A DNA stretch of 64,000 nucleotides from the NCBI GenBank assembly GCA_963847185.1, contig CAWJYV010000008.1, forward strand, positions 736,001 through 800,000. The letters are read 5' to 3'. Numbering within the stretch: position 1 is the first letter of the stretch; each line of letters begins with the position of its first letter. The notes under the pieces were generated by a model. It saw only the letters and a list, made by a program, of their open reading frames with translations, searched no databases and was not told the origin of the DNA. This document shows positions 1-10,274 of the stretch, one piece after another. Source of the stretch: an uncultured Methanosarcinaceae archaeon (GTDB lineage Archaea > Halobacteriota > Methanosarcinia > Methanosarcinales > Methanosarcinaceae). A program made the position numbers and the translations under genes.

Positions 1-1
1 T

Positions 2-3000
2 TTAGAATCACTAACTAATGATAGTGTTCTCGAACCAGCAGAAACCTGGACTTATTTTGCAAGTTACACTGTCACACAGAATGATATGAATATTAACGGT
101 ACAGGATCTGGAGTCATTAACAACACAGCAAGTGTTACCATTGACGCGCTGGATCCAATAAATGATAGTGTTGAAGCACCTATAATACAGAATCCCTCAT
201 ATACAATTGATAAAACCGTTACTGATGTTGCCGGAAATGGTCCCGAAGCAAATGCAACAACATCTGGAGACATAATCAGCTATCAGATTAACGTCAGCAA
301 TACTGGAAACATCGACCTTGCCAATGCAATTGTTTCAGATCCTCTGACTTCTCTTGAAGCGCCAGTCGGAGACGAGGAAGATGTGGGAACTTTAAATGTA
401 GGAGAAAGCTGGATTTACAGTGCAAGTTACAGTGTTACCCAGGACGATCTGAATACTAAAGGCGGAGAGGACGGCTTTATCAACAACACAGCAAGTGTTG
501 ACTGTGATCTTCTCGATCCGGTAAATGACAGTGCTGAAGTTCCTCTTGAATGGAACCCTGATTATAGTGTTAGCAAAAAAGTTGTTGACGCTGCAGGCCA
601 AGGACCTTCAGGATATGTGACAGCAGCAGGAGACATTATAATCTACGAGGTTAACGTAACCAATGATGGAAATATTGACCTTACAAATATGAATGTCTCT
701 GATCCTCTGTTAATTCTTGAAAATCCAGTTGGAGATGATGGAGATTCAGAAACTCTAAATGTTAGTGAAAACTGGACTTTTACTGCAAGTTACACTGTTA
801 CTGAGGAGGATATGAACAGTAATGGTGATTGGGACGGATTCATCAACAATACCGTATCCATAGTCTGTGATCAGCTAGGTCCGAAGACCGACAAGGCTGA
901 AGTACCTATAGAACAGAATCCTGCGTACACCATTGACAAAACTGTTATTGATGTTAATGGAAACAGTCCTGACACAAATGTAACCGCTGCAGGAGATGTG
1001 ATCAACTATCAGGTTGATATAACAAATGAAGGGAATATTGGTCTTAAAAATGTAAGTGTTAATGATTCTCTGATTGAGCTTACAGGACCATTTGAGCATT
1101 ATCCACTACCACAGTTAACACAATCAACACAAACAGTTCAGGTCTCACAGGAACTAGGTAACGGAATTCTTGAAGTAGGAGAAGTCTGGACCTACGTTGG
1201 AAATTATAGTGTTCTTCAGTCCGATTTGAATAATAATGGTGACGGAGACGGCTTCATCAACAACACAGCAACTGTTTACTGGGATGGACTGGATCCAATA
1301 AATGACAGTGCTGCAGTTCCTGTTGAACAGAATCCTGCTTACAGCATTGACAAAACAGTTATTGACGTCTCTGGAAACGGCCCTGAAGCAAATGTAACCA
1401 CCGCAGGAGATGTCGTCACTTACCAGGTTAATGTTACAAATGACGGAAACATTGACCTCAACAATGTAATTGTTGATGATCCTCTGTTTGTGCTTGAAGC
1501 GCCTATCGAGTCCCTTAATAGTGATGGGGTTCTTGAAGTAGGAGAAATCTGGACTTACTTTGGAAACTATAATGTTCTTCAGTCCGATCTGAACAGTAAT
1601 GGTGATGAAGATGGCTTCATCAACAACACAGCAACCGTTGACAGTGATGAGCTGGATCAGGAAAATGACAGTGCTGAAGTATTTGTCGAACAGAATCCTG
1701 CTTACGCTATTGACAAAATCGTTCTAGATGTTGCTGAAAATGGACCTGAAGCAAACGTAACTTCTGCAGGAGATGTAATCAGCTACCAGATTGACATTAA
1801 CAATACAGGAAACATTGACCTTAACAATGTAATTGTTGATGATCCTCTGGTTATGCTTGAAGCGCCTACAGAATCCCTGAATGCTGATGGGATTCTTGAA
1901 GTAGGGGAAATCTGGACTTACTTTGGAAATTATAGTGTTCTTCAGTCCGATCTGAACAGTAATGGTGACGGAGACGGCTTCATCAACAACACAGCAACTG
2001 TTGATTGTGATGAGCTTGACCAGGAAAATTACAGTGTTGCAGTTCCTGTCGAACAGAATCCGGATTACTGTTTCTACAAGTCAGTAATCGAAGTCGATAA
2101 TGGTGGAGACTGTATAGTCGACGACGCTGGAGATATCATTAGGTACAGAGTCGTAGTAAAGAATGACGGTAATGTTGACCTTACTGGTATTTCAGTAAAT
2201 GATACTCTGACCTCACTTAGCGAACCCACCGGAGACGATGCTGATCCTGGAATTTTGAACGTTGGAGAAATCTGGAAATTCTACGGAAACTACACCGTTA
2301 CTCAGGAAGACATTAACACTAACGGTGGAGGAGACGGAGTTATAGAAAACATCGCAACAGTAAGCTGTAACGAACTTCCAAGCCAAGATTGCAGTGTAAG
2401 TCAGCCGATTGCTCATGATGCATACTTGCGCATTTACAAATCAGCAATTGGAACTGATAACATTGGAGACTGTATAATCAACGAAGCTGGAGACATAATC
2501 GAGTATCGGATTGCGGTAAAGAATGATGGAAAAGTCGATCTTACCGACGTTTCAGTAAACGACCCCATGATTTCTCTTGAAGGCCCTGTAGAATCAAAAG
2601 TTGCTGATGGGGTTCTTACAGTTGGTGAACTCTGGGTCTACGCAGGAAATTACACTGTAACTCAGGAGGACATAGACAGTAATGGTGGGGAAGACGGTTA
2701 TATCGACAATACTGCAATTGTAAGCTGCAACGAGCTTTCAGACGAAACCAGCAGTATTGGAGTGCCAATAGTCTTTACCAATAACCTGAAAGAAGGTGCA
2801 GATTCTGAATCTAACAACACAACTGTTGATGATGAAACGAATAACACTGCAGAAGACAATTCTAACAGTAACGACAACAGTAGCGATAACGACAATGACG
2901 ACAGCAGCAGTGGAGGAAGCAGCGGAAGTAGCAGTCACAGCAGCAGTGGGGGCAGCAGTGGAACCGGTACTGCTCGGGTAATTTCCAACAATGACGAAAC

Positions 3001-3220
3001 CGATAAAGTAAACGAAAGCTCAGTGGAAGAAAATGTCACGGAAACACAACCTGAATCTAATGTTGAAGTGATCCCGGACAATACTGAAAGTACGGAAGCA
3101 GATGTTGAACAGCAGACTGAAACTGAAGGAAGCACAAGCACACAAAAAGAATCTCCTGGATTTGATATGATTTATGGAATCATTGGCCTGCTTGGGGTAT
3201 TCCTGTACAGAAGAAAATGA
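2..3220 (+). CDS. Large cell-surface (glyco)protein with DUF11/DUF7507-like Ig repeats and a PGF-CTERM anchor; 5'-truncated by the window
   Basis: The frame is open from base 2 (LESLTNDSVLEPAETWTY...). It has one partial and seven full ~120-aa repeats (YxIDKTV..AGDxIxY..NxGNxDL..VxDPL..GExWTY..INNTA), an S/G/N/D-rich linker, and the C-terminus SPGFDMIYGIIGLLGVFLYRRK (PGF + TM + basic tail). Confidence 0.9.
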   Translation, partial: LESLTNDSVLEPAETWTYFASYTVTQNDMNINGTGSGVINNTASVTIDALDPINDSVEAPIIQNPSYTIDKTVTDVAGNGPEANATTSGDIISYQINVSNTGNIDLANAIVSDPLTSLEAPVGDEEDVGTLNVGESWIYSASYSVTQDDLNTKGGEDGFINNTASVDCDLLDPVNDSAEVPLEWNPDYSVSKKVVDAAGQGPSGYVTAAGDIIIYEVNVTNDGNIDLTNMNVSDPLLILENPVGDDGDSETLNVSENWTFTASYTVTEEDMNSNGDWDGFINNTVSIVCDQLGPKTDKAEVPIEQNPAYTIDKTVIDVNGNSPDTNVTAAGDVINYQVDITNEGNIGLKNVSVNDSLIELTGPFEHYPLPQLTQSTQTVQVSQELGNGILEVGEVWTYVGNYSVLQSDLNNNGDGDGFINNTATVYWDGLDPINDSAAVPVEQNPAYSIDKTVIDVSGNGPEANVTTAGDVVTYQVNVTNDGNIDLNNVIVDDPLFVLEAPIESLNSDGVLEVGEIWTYFGNYNVLQSDLNSNGDEDGFINNTATVDSDELDQENDSAEVFVEQNPAYAIDKIVLDVAENGPEANVTSAGDVISYQIDINNTGNIDLNNVIVDDPLVMLEAPTESLNADGILEVGEIWTYFGNYSVLQSDLNSNGDGDGFINNTATVDCDELDQENYSVAVPVEQNPDYCFYKSVIEVDNGGDCIVDDAGDIIRYRVVVKNDGNVDLTGISVNDTLTSLSEPTGDDADPGILNVGEIWKFYGNYTVTQEDINTNGGGDGVIENIATVSCNELPSQDCSVSQPIAHDAYLRIYKSAIGTDNIGDCIINEAGDIIEYRIAVKNDGKVDLTDVSVNDPMISLEGPVESKVADGVLTVGELWVYAGNYTVTQEDIDSNGGEDGYIDNTAIVSCNELSDETSSIGVPIVFTNNLKEGADSESNNTTVDDETNNTAEDNSNSNDNSSDNDNDDSSSGGSSGSSSHSSSGGSSGTGTARVISNNDETDKVNESSVEENVTETQPESNVEVIPDNTESTEADVEQQTETEGSTSTQKESPGFDMIYGIIGLLGVFLYRRK

Positions 3221-3512
3221 ATCAATATGGAAATTGCGAAAAGTAAAGTAATTATTTAAATATAGTAGCGGTGCCAGAAGGCGCCGTGAAAATCTTTTTT
3301 TACACCTTTTTTAAATTTCTTTTTAGATCTTAACTATTCTTTATTCAGGTTCGCTTATTTTCGTTTTAGAGTTTATGATCTTCTGAGTTTTTCATCTTCC
3401 TGGTACCTTTTACTTCTTTTTATCACTCTTTTCATCTAGGTTACAGGAAAGTATTTATAAACAATTTATCTGTACATTGAAGTGGCAAAATAAATAACCG
3501 GAAGACGTTTTC

Positions 3513-4703
3513 ATGATTTCAGAAGCCTCTTACGATGTCATTGTTGTGGGTGCAGGCCCTGCAGGTTCCACTGCTGCTCTTTATGCTGCAAAGAATGGAG
3601 CCTCTGTTCTTCTTCTTGATAAAAAAAAGGAAATTGGAGACCCTATTCAGTGTGCAGGTTTTCTTCCTGATGCTTCGGAAGTTCAGGCTCTTCTTCCTGA
3701 TGCTGAACTGCCGGATTCCCTTATAAATTATCCTGATTCCTGTGTGCTCCAGCATATCAAAACTCAGCGCATTATCCCCCCTGATTGCAGAGTCAAAGAA
3801 TTCTCCGTCAAAGGCGTTGTCCTTGATAGGCGCAGATATGACCAGTTTCTAGCTGAACAGGCCGCAAAAGCCGGGGCTGAGTTAATGGTCAAGACCCGCG
3901 TGACAAAAGTGGAAGGCACAAATGTTGAAATCTCTGGATTCTTTGGGAAACACACTGTCAAAGGCAAAGCGATTATCGGAGCTGACGGCCCTAATTCTTT
4001 CGTCGCAAAATCAAAGGGTCTCTCCTGGAAACCGGAATCAAAAGAGACTTCTGTTGCCATTGAATATCAGATAAGAAACGTTAATATCGATCCTGATGCT
4101 CTTGAGATGTATTTCGGAAAAGATTTTGTTCCCGGAGGGTATGCCTGGATTTTTCCGGAAGGTGAAGATCGGGCAAACGTAGGCATAGGGATTCGAAGCG
4201 GAATGGCTGAAAAAGGAGTTCCTGCAAAAGAATACCTGAGTCGCTTTATACGGAACCATCCTCTAGCCAGTCACAAGCTGAAAAAAGGTATTATCACAAA
4301 TATCATTGCAGGTATCATCCCTGTAAGCGGAGCCCCGGAGAGAACTGCTACAGACGATTCTCTTATCGTGGGGGATGCAGCAGGGCACGTGATTGCAACT
4401 AACGGAGGCGGTATTCCTCCCGCAATTATTGCAGGTAAAGCGGCAGGCGAAACTGCAGCCTCGTTTGCAGCCGGGGAATGCAAACTGCAGGATTATGAGA
4501 GGCGCTGGAGGAAACAATTCGGTTCAGCACTTGAGACCTCGGTTCAGGCAAGGCAGCTCATGGACGGGATCATGAAATCCGACGCTCTAATGAATGCTGC
4601 TTTCAAGTTTATTTCCCCTGAGCAGATAAAAGTCATGCAGTGCGGAAAACTTCCGGGGCCTGTGAAATTGGGGCTTCAGGCTCTGAATAGAGGAAAAAAA
4701 TAA
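3513..4703 (+). CDS. Geranylgeranyl reductase family flavoprotein (digeranylgeranylglycerophospholipid reductase-like)
   Basis: YDVIVVGAGPAG FAD motif, GADG, PGGYAWIFP and VGDAAG motifs. Confidence 0.85.
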   Translation: MISEASYDVIVVGAGPAGSTAALYAAKNGASVLLLDKKKEIGDPIQCAGFLPDASEVQALLPDAELPDSLINYPDSCVLQHIKTQRIIPPDCRVKEFSVKGVVLDRRRYDQFLAEQAAKAGAELMVKTRVTKVEGTNVEISGFFGKHTVKGKAIIGADGPNSFVAKSKGLSWKPESKETSVAIEYQIRNVNIDPDALEMYFGKDFVPGGYAWIFPEGEDRANVGIGIRSGMAEKGVPAKEYLSRFIRNHPLASHKLKKGIITNIIAGIIPVSGAPERTATDDSLIVGDAAGHVIATNGGGIPPAIIAGKAAGETAASFAAGECKLQDYERRWRKQFGSALETSVQARQLMDGIMKSDALMNAAFKFISPEQIKVMQCGKLPGPVKLGLQALNRGKK

Positions 4704-4817
4704 TGAGTATTCTAATTTGATGATACTAAGGTAAAATGGAGAAAAAGCAGTCAGTATTAGAATTTGAATGATACTAAGGCAATAATGAATACTTGAAATG
4801 GAAAATTTTCCCTTTTC

Positions 4818-5144
4818 TCAGGATTTTCCTTCTGCTGCTTTTATCTTTCTTAACTCGGTTTCGGCGTCTTCTTTATTATACCTGGCTTCAGGATAAACGG
4901 GCCTTATTTCAAGTGCTTTATCAAAAGAAGCAATAGCGTCATCATACCTTTTTAGAATCACAAATTCAAGCCCTCTGAGGTTCCAGGCTCCTGCAAAATC
5001 GGGTTTTAATTCCAGAACCTTATCAAAATATTCTATCTTTTTTTCAGGATCCGTTTCTCCTACGGCAAGCCCATACCATTCCTCTACGGTTTTTCCTTCG
5101 ATTTTCTTCTTAAATAACTTGTCCAAAATACTCAAAGATATCAA
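4818..5144 (-). CDS. Small TPR-repeat protein
   Basis: TPR consensus AWNLRG..L..Y.DAIASFDKALEIRP; the start codon is uncertain. Confidence 0.8.
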   Translation of the reverse strand: MISLSILDKLFKKKIEGKTVEEWYGLAVGETDPEKKIEYFDKVLELKPDFAGAWNLRGLEFVILKRYDDAIASFDKALEIRPVYPEARYNKEDAETELRKIKAAEGKS

Positions 5145-5283
5145 TCCCCATTAAGAAATTGATCCGGAAGGTAGAAATAGATAATCATGTCCGTCAGGCA
5201 AAGTGTTAGAATGAAGGCACAAATCCTGAATACTGAGTAAAAAGAAAAAAATTGGAAATTTTTTAAAAATTAAAAATTGCCTG

Positions 5284-6198
5284 TTATAATGAAAGCAATT
5301 GAGTTTCATTTAACAGGTTTGCAAAGTCAGAGGTAATTTCCAATTTGGTAATATTTTCTGAGGTAGTTACGCTATAAGACACTCCGCGTTCGCTTGAATT
5401 TGCCTGATAGGTTTCGATGTTCCTGGTTACGTTGGATTCAGGGTTAACGAAAATGGCTGTCTGAGTGTAACTGCCGTTATCCAGTTTTTTGAGGTCCGTA
5501 TAATACTGGTCAGCGGGGATATCCGTTGTATTGGTTTTTGTTACTACTCCCTGGTAGATTACATTCTCAGGGTTTACCAGGTTCAAAATCTGGTCGTATT
5601 TAGTTGAAGATGTAGCGTTTCCTTCCAGCACATCTATTACTTTTTCAGCGCTCTCGCGTGGACCAAAAATTACAGGACTTCCGACTACGTTCCATATATC
5701 ATAAGTGTTATTTGTCCTTGCAAGAAGATTATAACCATCATAAGGAGCTGCACCCCAGGGAACTAAAATTTTCTGTTCCGGAATCTGGTGCAATTCGAAA
5801 CCGCTTCCATCAGGATAACTTGCACTGTAACGTTTTGTGACATCAGCATTGTAGATAGATTTCATACTCGTTACATTTCCGAATATTGATTCAAGAGGGG
5901 TCCCTGTTGTTCTCTGAAGGTCCACGTAACTTGCACTTATCGTCCCTTCTGGAGACATGTTCAAGCCGTCGGCGATAGAATTGAACTTATGATATACTTG
6001 CTTTCCCGGAACCTGAGAAAAGGATATCGTGGAATTATCCACAGCTTCAGAATTAGAAGTGTTACTCTTAATATTATCGCTATCGTCATCTAAGCTCTCA
6101 ATAAGTACCGCACAAGCTGACAGAACCATTGTTGCGGCTAAAAAAATAGCCAGATATTTCTGGTTTTTTGTTGCTGGATCTTTTCGTTGTTTCATCAA
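5284..6198 (-). CDS. Hypothetical exported or membrane-anchored protein
   Basis: 304-aa ORF with a basic N-terminus, a hydrophobic helix ending VLSAC, and many N-x-S/T sequons. Confidence 0.75.
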   Translation of the reverse strand: MMKQRKDPATKNQKYLAIFLAATMVLSACAVLIESLDDDSDNIKSNTSNSEAVDNSTISFSQVPGKQVYHKFNSIADGLNMSPEGTISASYVDLQRTTGTPLESIFGNVTSMKSIYNADVTKRYSASYPDGSGFELHQIPEQKILVPWGAAPYDGYNLLARTNNTYDIWNVVGSPVIFGPRESAEKVIDVLEGNATSSTKYDQILNLVNPENVIYQGVVTKTNTTDIPADQYYTDLKKLDNGSYTQTAIFVNPESNVTRNIETYQANSSERGVSYSVTTSENITKLEITSDFANLLNETQLLSL

Positions 6199-6386
6199 TG
6201 AAACCTCATAATATAAGGTGTATTATTCTGAAAGATTCTGAAAGTAGAGAATATATTTTTGATATGTTTATGTATTGCCTTAAAAAAGCTTCCTATATAT
6301 TTTTTTCGCTGTGTAAAAATATTTCGCAACATATGGGCTTTTAAGTGAAGGCACCTGATTTTTCAGTAACGATGAAATCCTCATTT

Positions 6387-7820
6387 TCAGTCCAGAGTCA
6401 AAATTTTGAGCATATTTGTGCCTCCGGGTTTTCCTGAAGAAGGACCCTGAGTAAGAACCACAATATCCCCTTTCTTTGCAAATCCCATTTCTTCAGCTTT
6501 TTTTGTTGTTTCCTCTTCCCAGCTTTCAATTGTCTCCCTCACAGTAATAGGATAGACTCCGTAGGATAGAGAAAGGAAGCTGCAGGTTTTCGGAACGCGG
6601 CTGAAAGCAAGGATCCAGGGGTCGGGCTTGAAGCGTGAAATTCTGCGAGGAGTTGCCCCACTTCTCGTTGGAGTCAGTATGGCTGCAACAGGCAGTTTTT
6701 GCAGGGCTTCATACACCTGGAAGGTTATTACTTCATCTACTGACATTTCCCTGGCTGTGATACCTTTAATCATTGTATCGAGCCCCCATTTTGTTCGGGA
6801 ACGCCAGTTTTCGGTTGTTTTTGCAATTTTTGCCATCATCTCAACAGCTTCCACCGGATAATGACCAACGGCCGTTTCTTCCGAAAGCATGACCGCGTCT
6901 GTTCCATCAAGGATTGCGTTGGCAACATCTGTCGCTTCTGCACGGGTAGGTCTTATGTTATCTGTCATGGAAGCCAGCATATGAGTGGCTGTAATTACGG
7001 GAATCCCAAGAAGTTTTGCACTCTGAATAAGCTCTTTCTGGACAGAGGGAACTTCCTGAATAGGAATTTCGACCCCAAGGTCACCTCTGGCAACCATGAG
7101 AGCATCTGTTACTTCAAGGATCTCTTTTATGTTCTCTACAGCCTGTCTGCGCTCAATTTTCGCGACGATATATACGGATTTTCCTCTGGCTGCTGCAAAA
7201 TCCCGGACTTTACGGATATCGTCTGCATTTTCTACAAAAGAGATACTAAAGGTATCAATTTCTTCGTTCAGGGCGAATTCCAGAATTTTGAAATCCTTCT
7301 CAGTTACCGGATCAAGGAAAATTTTTGCTCCAGGCAGGTTCAGCCCTTTATGTGAATAAAGCTGTCCTCCGATAAGAACCTCGCAGAGTACATCTTTTCC
7401 GGATACCTCAAGGCAGCGGAGCTGGATAAATCCATCACTTAAGTAGATAAGGCTTCCTGGAGAAACGCTCTCCGGAAGCTGCTTATAACTTACAGGGATA
7501 CGTTCCGAATCTCCAGAAAAGTTTTCCACAGTAAGGGTCACGAGATTTCCTTTATGGAGCATGAGTGGTTCTTTTTCCAGTTTGCCTATACGGATTTTCG
7601 GGCCTGGAAGGTCGGCAAGAATAGCAATTGTTCTGTCAAGCTCTTCTGCGACCTTGCGGACTCTTGTGATCACTTCTCCATGGCTTTCGAAGTCCCCATG
7701 GGAAAAATTGATCCTTGCCACGTTCATGCCAGCAAGCACCAGTTCCCTTATCATTTCTTCGGAAGATGAAGCTGGGCCTATAGTGCAGACGATTTTTGTT
7801 TTATGGTCCGGAATTTGCAT
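6387..7820 (-). CDS. pyk: Pyruvate kinase
   Basis: KTKIVCTIGPAS, ARINFSHG, MVARGDLGVE and DAVMLSEETA motifs; ATG start taken at MQIPDHK. Confidence 0.95.
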   Translation of the reverse strand: MQIPDHKTKIVCTIGPASSSEEMIRELVLAGMNVARINFSHGDFESHGEVITRVRKVAEELDRTIAILADLPGPKIRIGKLEKEPLMLHKGNLVTLTVENFSGDSERIPVSYKQLPESVSPGSLIYLSDGFIQLRCLEVSGKDVLCEVLIGGQLYSHKGLNLPGAKIFLDPVTEKDFKILEFALNEEIDTFSISFVENADDIRKVRDFAAARGKSVYIVAKIERRQAVENIKEILEVTDALMVARGDLGVEIPIQEVPSVQKELIQSAKLLGIPVITATHMLASMTDNIRPTRAEATDVANAILDGTDAVMLSEETAVGHYPVEAVEMMAKIAKTTENWRSRTKWGLDTMIKGITAREMSVDEVITFQVYEALQKLPVAAILTPTRSGATPRRISRFKPDPWILAFSRVPKTCSFLSLSYGVYPITVRETIESWEEETTKKAEEMGFAKKGDIVVLTQGPSSGKPGGTNMLKILTLD

Positions 7821-7985
7821 GTTCACACGGCCTTTCAATATTTAATTTTTCAATTGACCTTTTTCCTGATAATTCTTTGAAATCTCTGGATCGACGTTTC
7901 CTTTTTTCAGGATTGGGTAACTGATTTATCCATTTCGCAAGATTTCACTTCAGTTTATTCAGGCATTAGCTCTTATGCAATTTTC

Positions 7986-8909
7986 TTATTCCCCTTTGTA
8001 TATTTTCAGGGCCTGTTCGACGCTTGAGTCCTCAACAGTTATAGCGTAAACTGCATTGCACATGCGGACAGCTTCATCAAGGGATTTCTGGTGGATATTT
8101 CTTCCTGTTGCGTTCCCCTTAGCTCCTGAGATGTGGATCTGGTCATATAACTTTTTCAGGAAAGCTTCAGCCTCATCACTCGTGCCGCCTGCACAAACAA
8201 CTCTGGTGCGTCCGGCTGCTTTGACAGCTTCTTTGAAGATCTCAGCCGATTTTGCCCCTTCCTTTTTGGGGTAATTGACCTTTACAAAATCAGACCCAAG
8301 ACAGGCTCCAACGCCTGTAGCCCCTGCAATCAGGTGAGGATCCTTTTCGTCCTTTACTGCAGTTCCACGGGGGTAGATCCAGAGTACTGAAAGCATTCCG
8401 TGTTGATGGGCATCGTAGACTACCTGGGCAGCCTGTACAAGCATCTCGGCTTCGAACTCACTGCCGAGGTAAATCGTATAACCTACACCAAGAATATTGA
8501 GCCCGCTGTTCTCCTTAAATTCAGCAACCTGGTCCACGTCATACCAGAGGTTGCTAAAGGGATCGGCCTGTGAAGTTTCTACAAGGTGGGTTTTTGAGTT
8601 TACTTTAATAAGATACGGTATATCTCTGTAATCCATCCCATAACGTGCAATTAGCCCAAGCTGGGCTGCAAAAACTCCTATTTTTGCCTTGGATGCTATT
8701 CTAAAAAGGTGTTCTGGATCAGCATCGTCTTCAGGTACTCCTTCTCCATAAAAATCGTCATTTAGATGCTCTACTTTCTGATCGCCTGCAAAAAGCATGA
8801 GTCTGTCCGTGCCTTTTGTGATCTCCATATAGTTCTTTATGTATGTTTCACGCATTGCTTTCGGAACGTCTAAAGGTACGATTACGTTTTCTTTGTTGAT
8901 TGAAACCAT
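7986..8909 (-). CDS. Class I (DhnA-type) fructose-bisphosphate aldolase family protein
   Basis: DQKVEH, VGYTIYLGSEFE, LWIYPRG, Schiff-base DFVKVNYP and GRNIHQ motifs; adjacent to pyk. Confidence 0.85.
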   Translation of the reverse strand: MVSINKENVIVPLDVPKAMRETYIKNYMEITKGTDRLMLFAGDQKVEHLNDDFYGEGVPEDDADPEHLFRIASKAKIGVFAAQLGLIARYGMDYRDIPYLIKVNSKTHLVETSQADPFSNLWYDVDQVAEFKENSGLNILGVGYTIYLGSEFEAEMLVQAAQVVYDAHQHGMLSVLWIYPRGTAVKDEKDPHLIAGATGVGACLGSDFVKVNYPKKEGAKSAEIFKEAVKAAGRTRVVCAGGTSDEAEAFLKKLYDQIHISGAKGNATGRNIHQKSLDEAVRMCNAVYAITVEDSSVEQALKIYKGE

Positions 8910-9312
8910 TTGTATAAACCTCAGTCTGATTGAGTAGCAGTAATTGGATTGTACTTAATACTGTGAAACCTTATTTATTTATTACCTATATTCCCTCTTA
9001 CTAGCTTTATAATTTTTTGCATTCAGTATTGAGGGTTTTTGAGGTTTTATATCTGTTAATTATACTGTTGAAATTTCCAACTCTTCAAGAAGATTATAAA
9101 ATCTATTTAATTAAAAGCTAGTATGTTCAGAAAACTTAAAAATCTGATCAGTTAGTAGATTTTATGTATTTAAAAACTGAAATTTAAAACTTAACATATA
9201 ACAAAAGAAATTTTGAAAAAGTCTTATAAGAGATAAATTCAAGAAAAAGATCTAAAAATAAATTAAAGTAATAAGTATTAGAACAAAATAGGTAAAAATG
9301 TAAACATTTCTA

Positions 9313-9385
9313 CGCCGCTTGCAGGGCTCGAACCTACGACATTCTGGTTAACAGCCAGACACTCTACCAACTGAGTTAAAGCGGC
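9313..9385 (-). tRNA. tRNA-Asn (GTT), copy 1
   Basis: Reverse complement GCCGCTTTAACTCAGTTGGTAGAGTGTCTGGCT-GTT-AACCAGAATGTCGTAGGTTCGAGCCCTGCAAGCGGCG folds as a cloverleaf. Confidence 0.97.
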
Positions 9386-9460
9386 TTTCTGATTGGACAT
9401 CTATTCTATCCCTTACTCTCAAACCTTATTATAAAAGAAGGTTTCCTGATATAAAGCTTA

Positions 9461-9535
9461 TGGGCCTGACCGGATTTGAACCGGTGACCGCTCGGTTATG
9501 AGCCGAGCGCTCTAACCTGACTGAGCTACAGGCCC
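9461..9535 (-). tRNA. tRNA with CAT anticodon, most likely tRNA-Ile2 (agmatidine-modified)
   Basis: Reverse complement GGGCCTGTAGCTCAGTCAGGTTAGAGCGCTCGGCT-CAT-AACCGAGCGGTCACCGGTTCAAATCCGGTCAGGCCCA. The GGGCC acceptor is Ile-like and initiator features are absent. Confidence 0.9.
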
Positions 9536-9639
9536 TGATTGTTTCTAATATAGTAGTCTTTAGTAAGGCTTTAATAATAAACTTTTTGCATGTGTTTCTA
9601 TTTACTAGAAAAAGCGCTATAATTTATGCAAAAACTTCA

Positions 9640-9712
9640 CGCCGCTTGCAGGGCTCGAACCTACGACATTCTGGTTAACAGCCAGACACTCTACCAACTG
9701 AGTTAAAGCGGC
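9640..9712 (-). tRNA. tRNA-Asn (GTT), copy 2
   Basis: Identical to 9313-9385; a TATA-like AAATATATAAATA lies upstream on the minus strand at ~9774-9787. Confidence 0.97.
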
Positions 9713-9942
9713 TTATGCTATCGGATGTGCTTATTATAGCCACCCTATCGCGAACACTCTTAAAGCGACGATCTTATTTATATATTTCGCTTGGAGCAGT
9801 TGTCACAAACAACTTTACAGATACTTTCTAAAGTACTTTCATGTGCAATCTTATTTTATCTGCTCCAGCTTTCTTTTTATATCATTCCCTATCAGAGGCA
9901 TCCTTTTTCCTCTTAAGTGATATAAATTTGATTATTTGAGCC

Positions 9943-9957
9943 AAAAAACCTTATATG
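9943..9957 (+). promoter_or_regulatory. Putative BRE-TATA promoter for the leader/Zn-ribbon microprotein unit
   Basis: AAAAAACCTTATATG matches the archaeal BRE+TATA pattern. Confidence 0.5.
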
Positions 9958-10274
9958 CCTTCAGGAATAATATATTTACTTATCTGTTGTAGTATTTTAC
10001 AACAAAGTCGGACAGATTTGATTTTTAAGCAGTAAGTTTCCAGTTTGGATATAAATGCTTCTACTGAGGCCCTGTCCGGGGGAATTTATTCCAATTAAAG
10101 TTCGAAGAAGGTCAAAAACGTCTTTAAACTAAACTTCAAGGGTTAAGGTCGGTTACTTCATCTAACTGGAAATATTTTAAATTCTTTGTAGTTTTCCGGA
10201 AAATTTGCGGTTCTATTGGAATCTGACCTAATAAACCTTGCAGTTTTAAAAATGGAAATCAAGGGGGATTATTC

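Noticed and set aside
9461-9535. Initiator tRNA-Met
   Set aside because: It has a G1-C72 pair and lacks the three consecutive G-C pairs in the anticodon stem; the acceptor stem is Ile-like.
8950-9800. tRNA cluster as the att site of an integrated element
   Set aside because: Both Asn copies are full length, no integrase is nearby, and the flanks are housekeeping genes.
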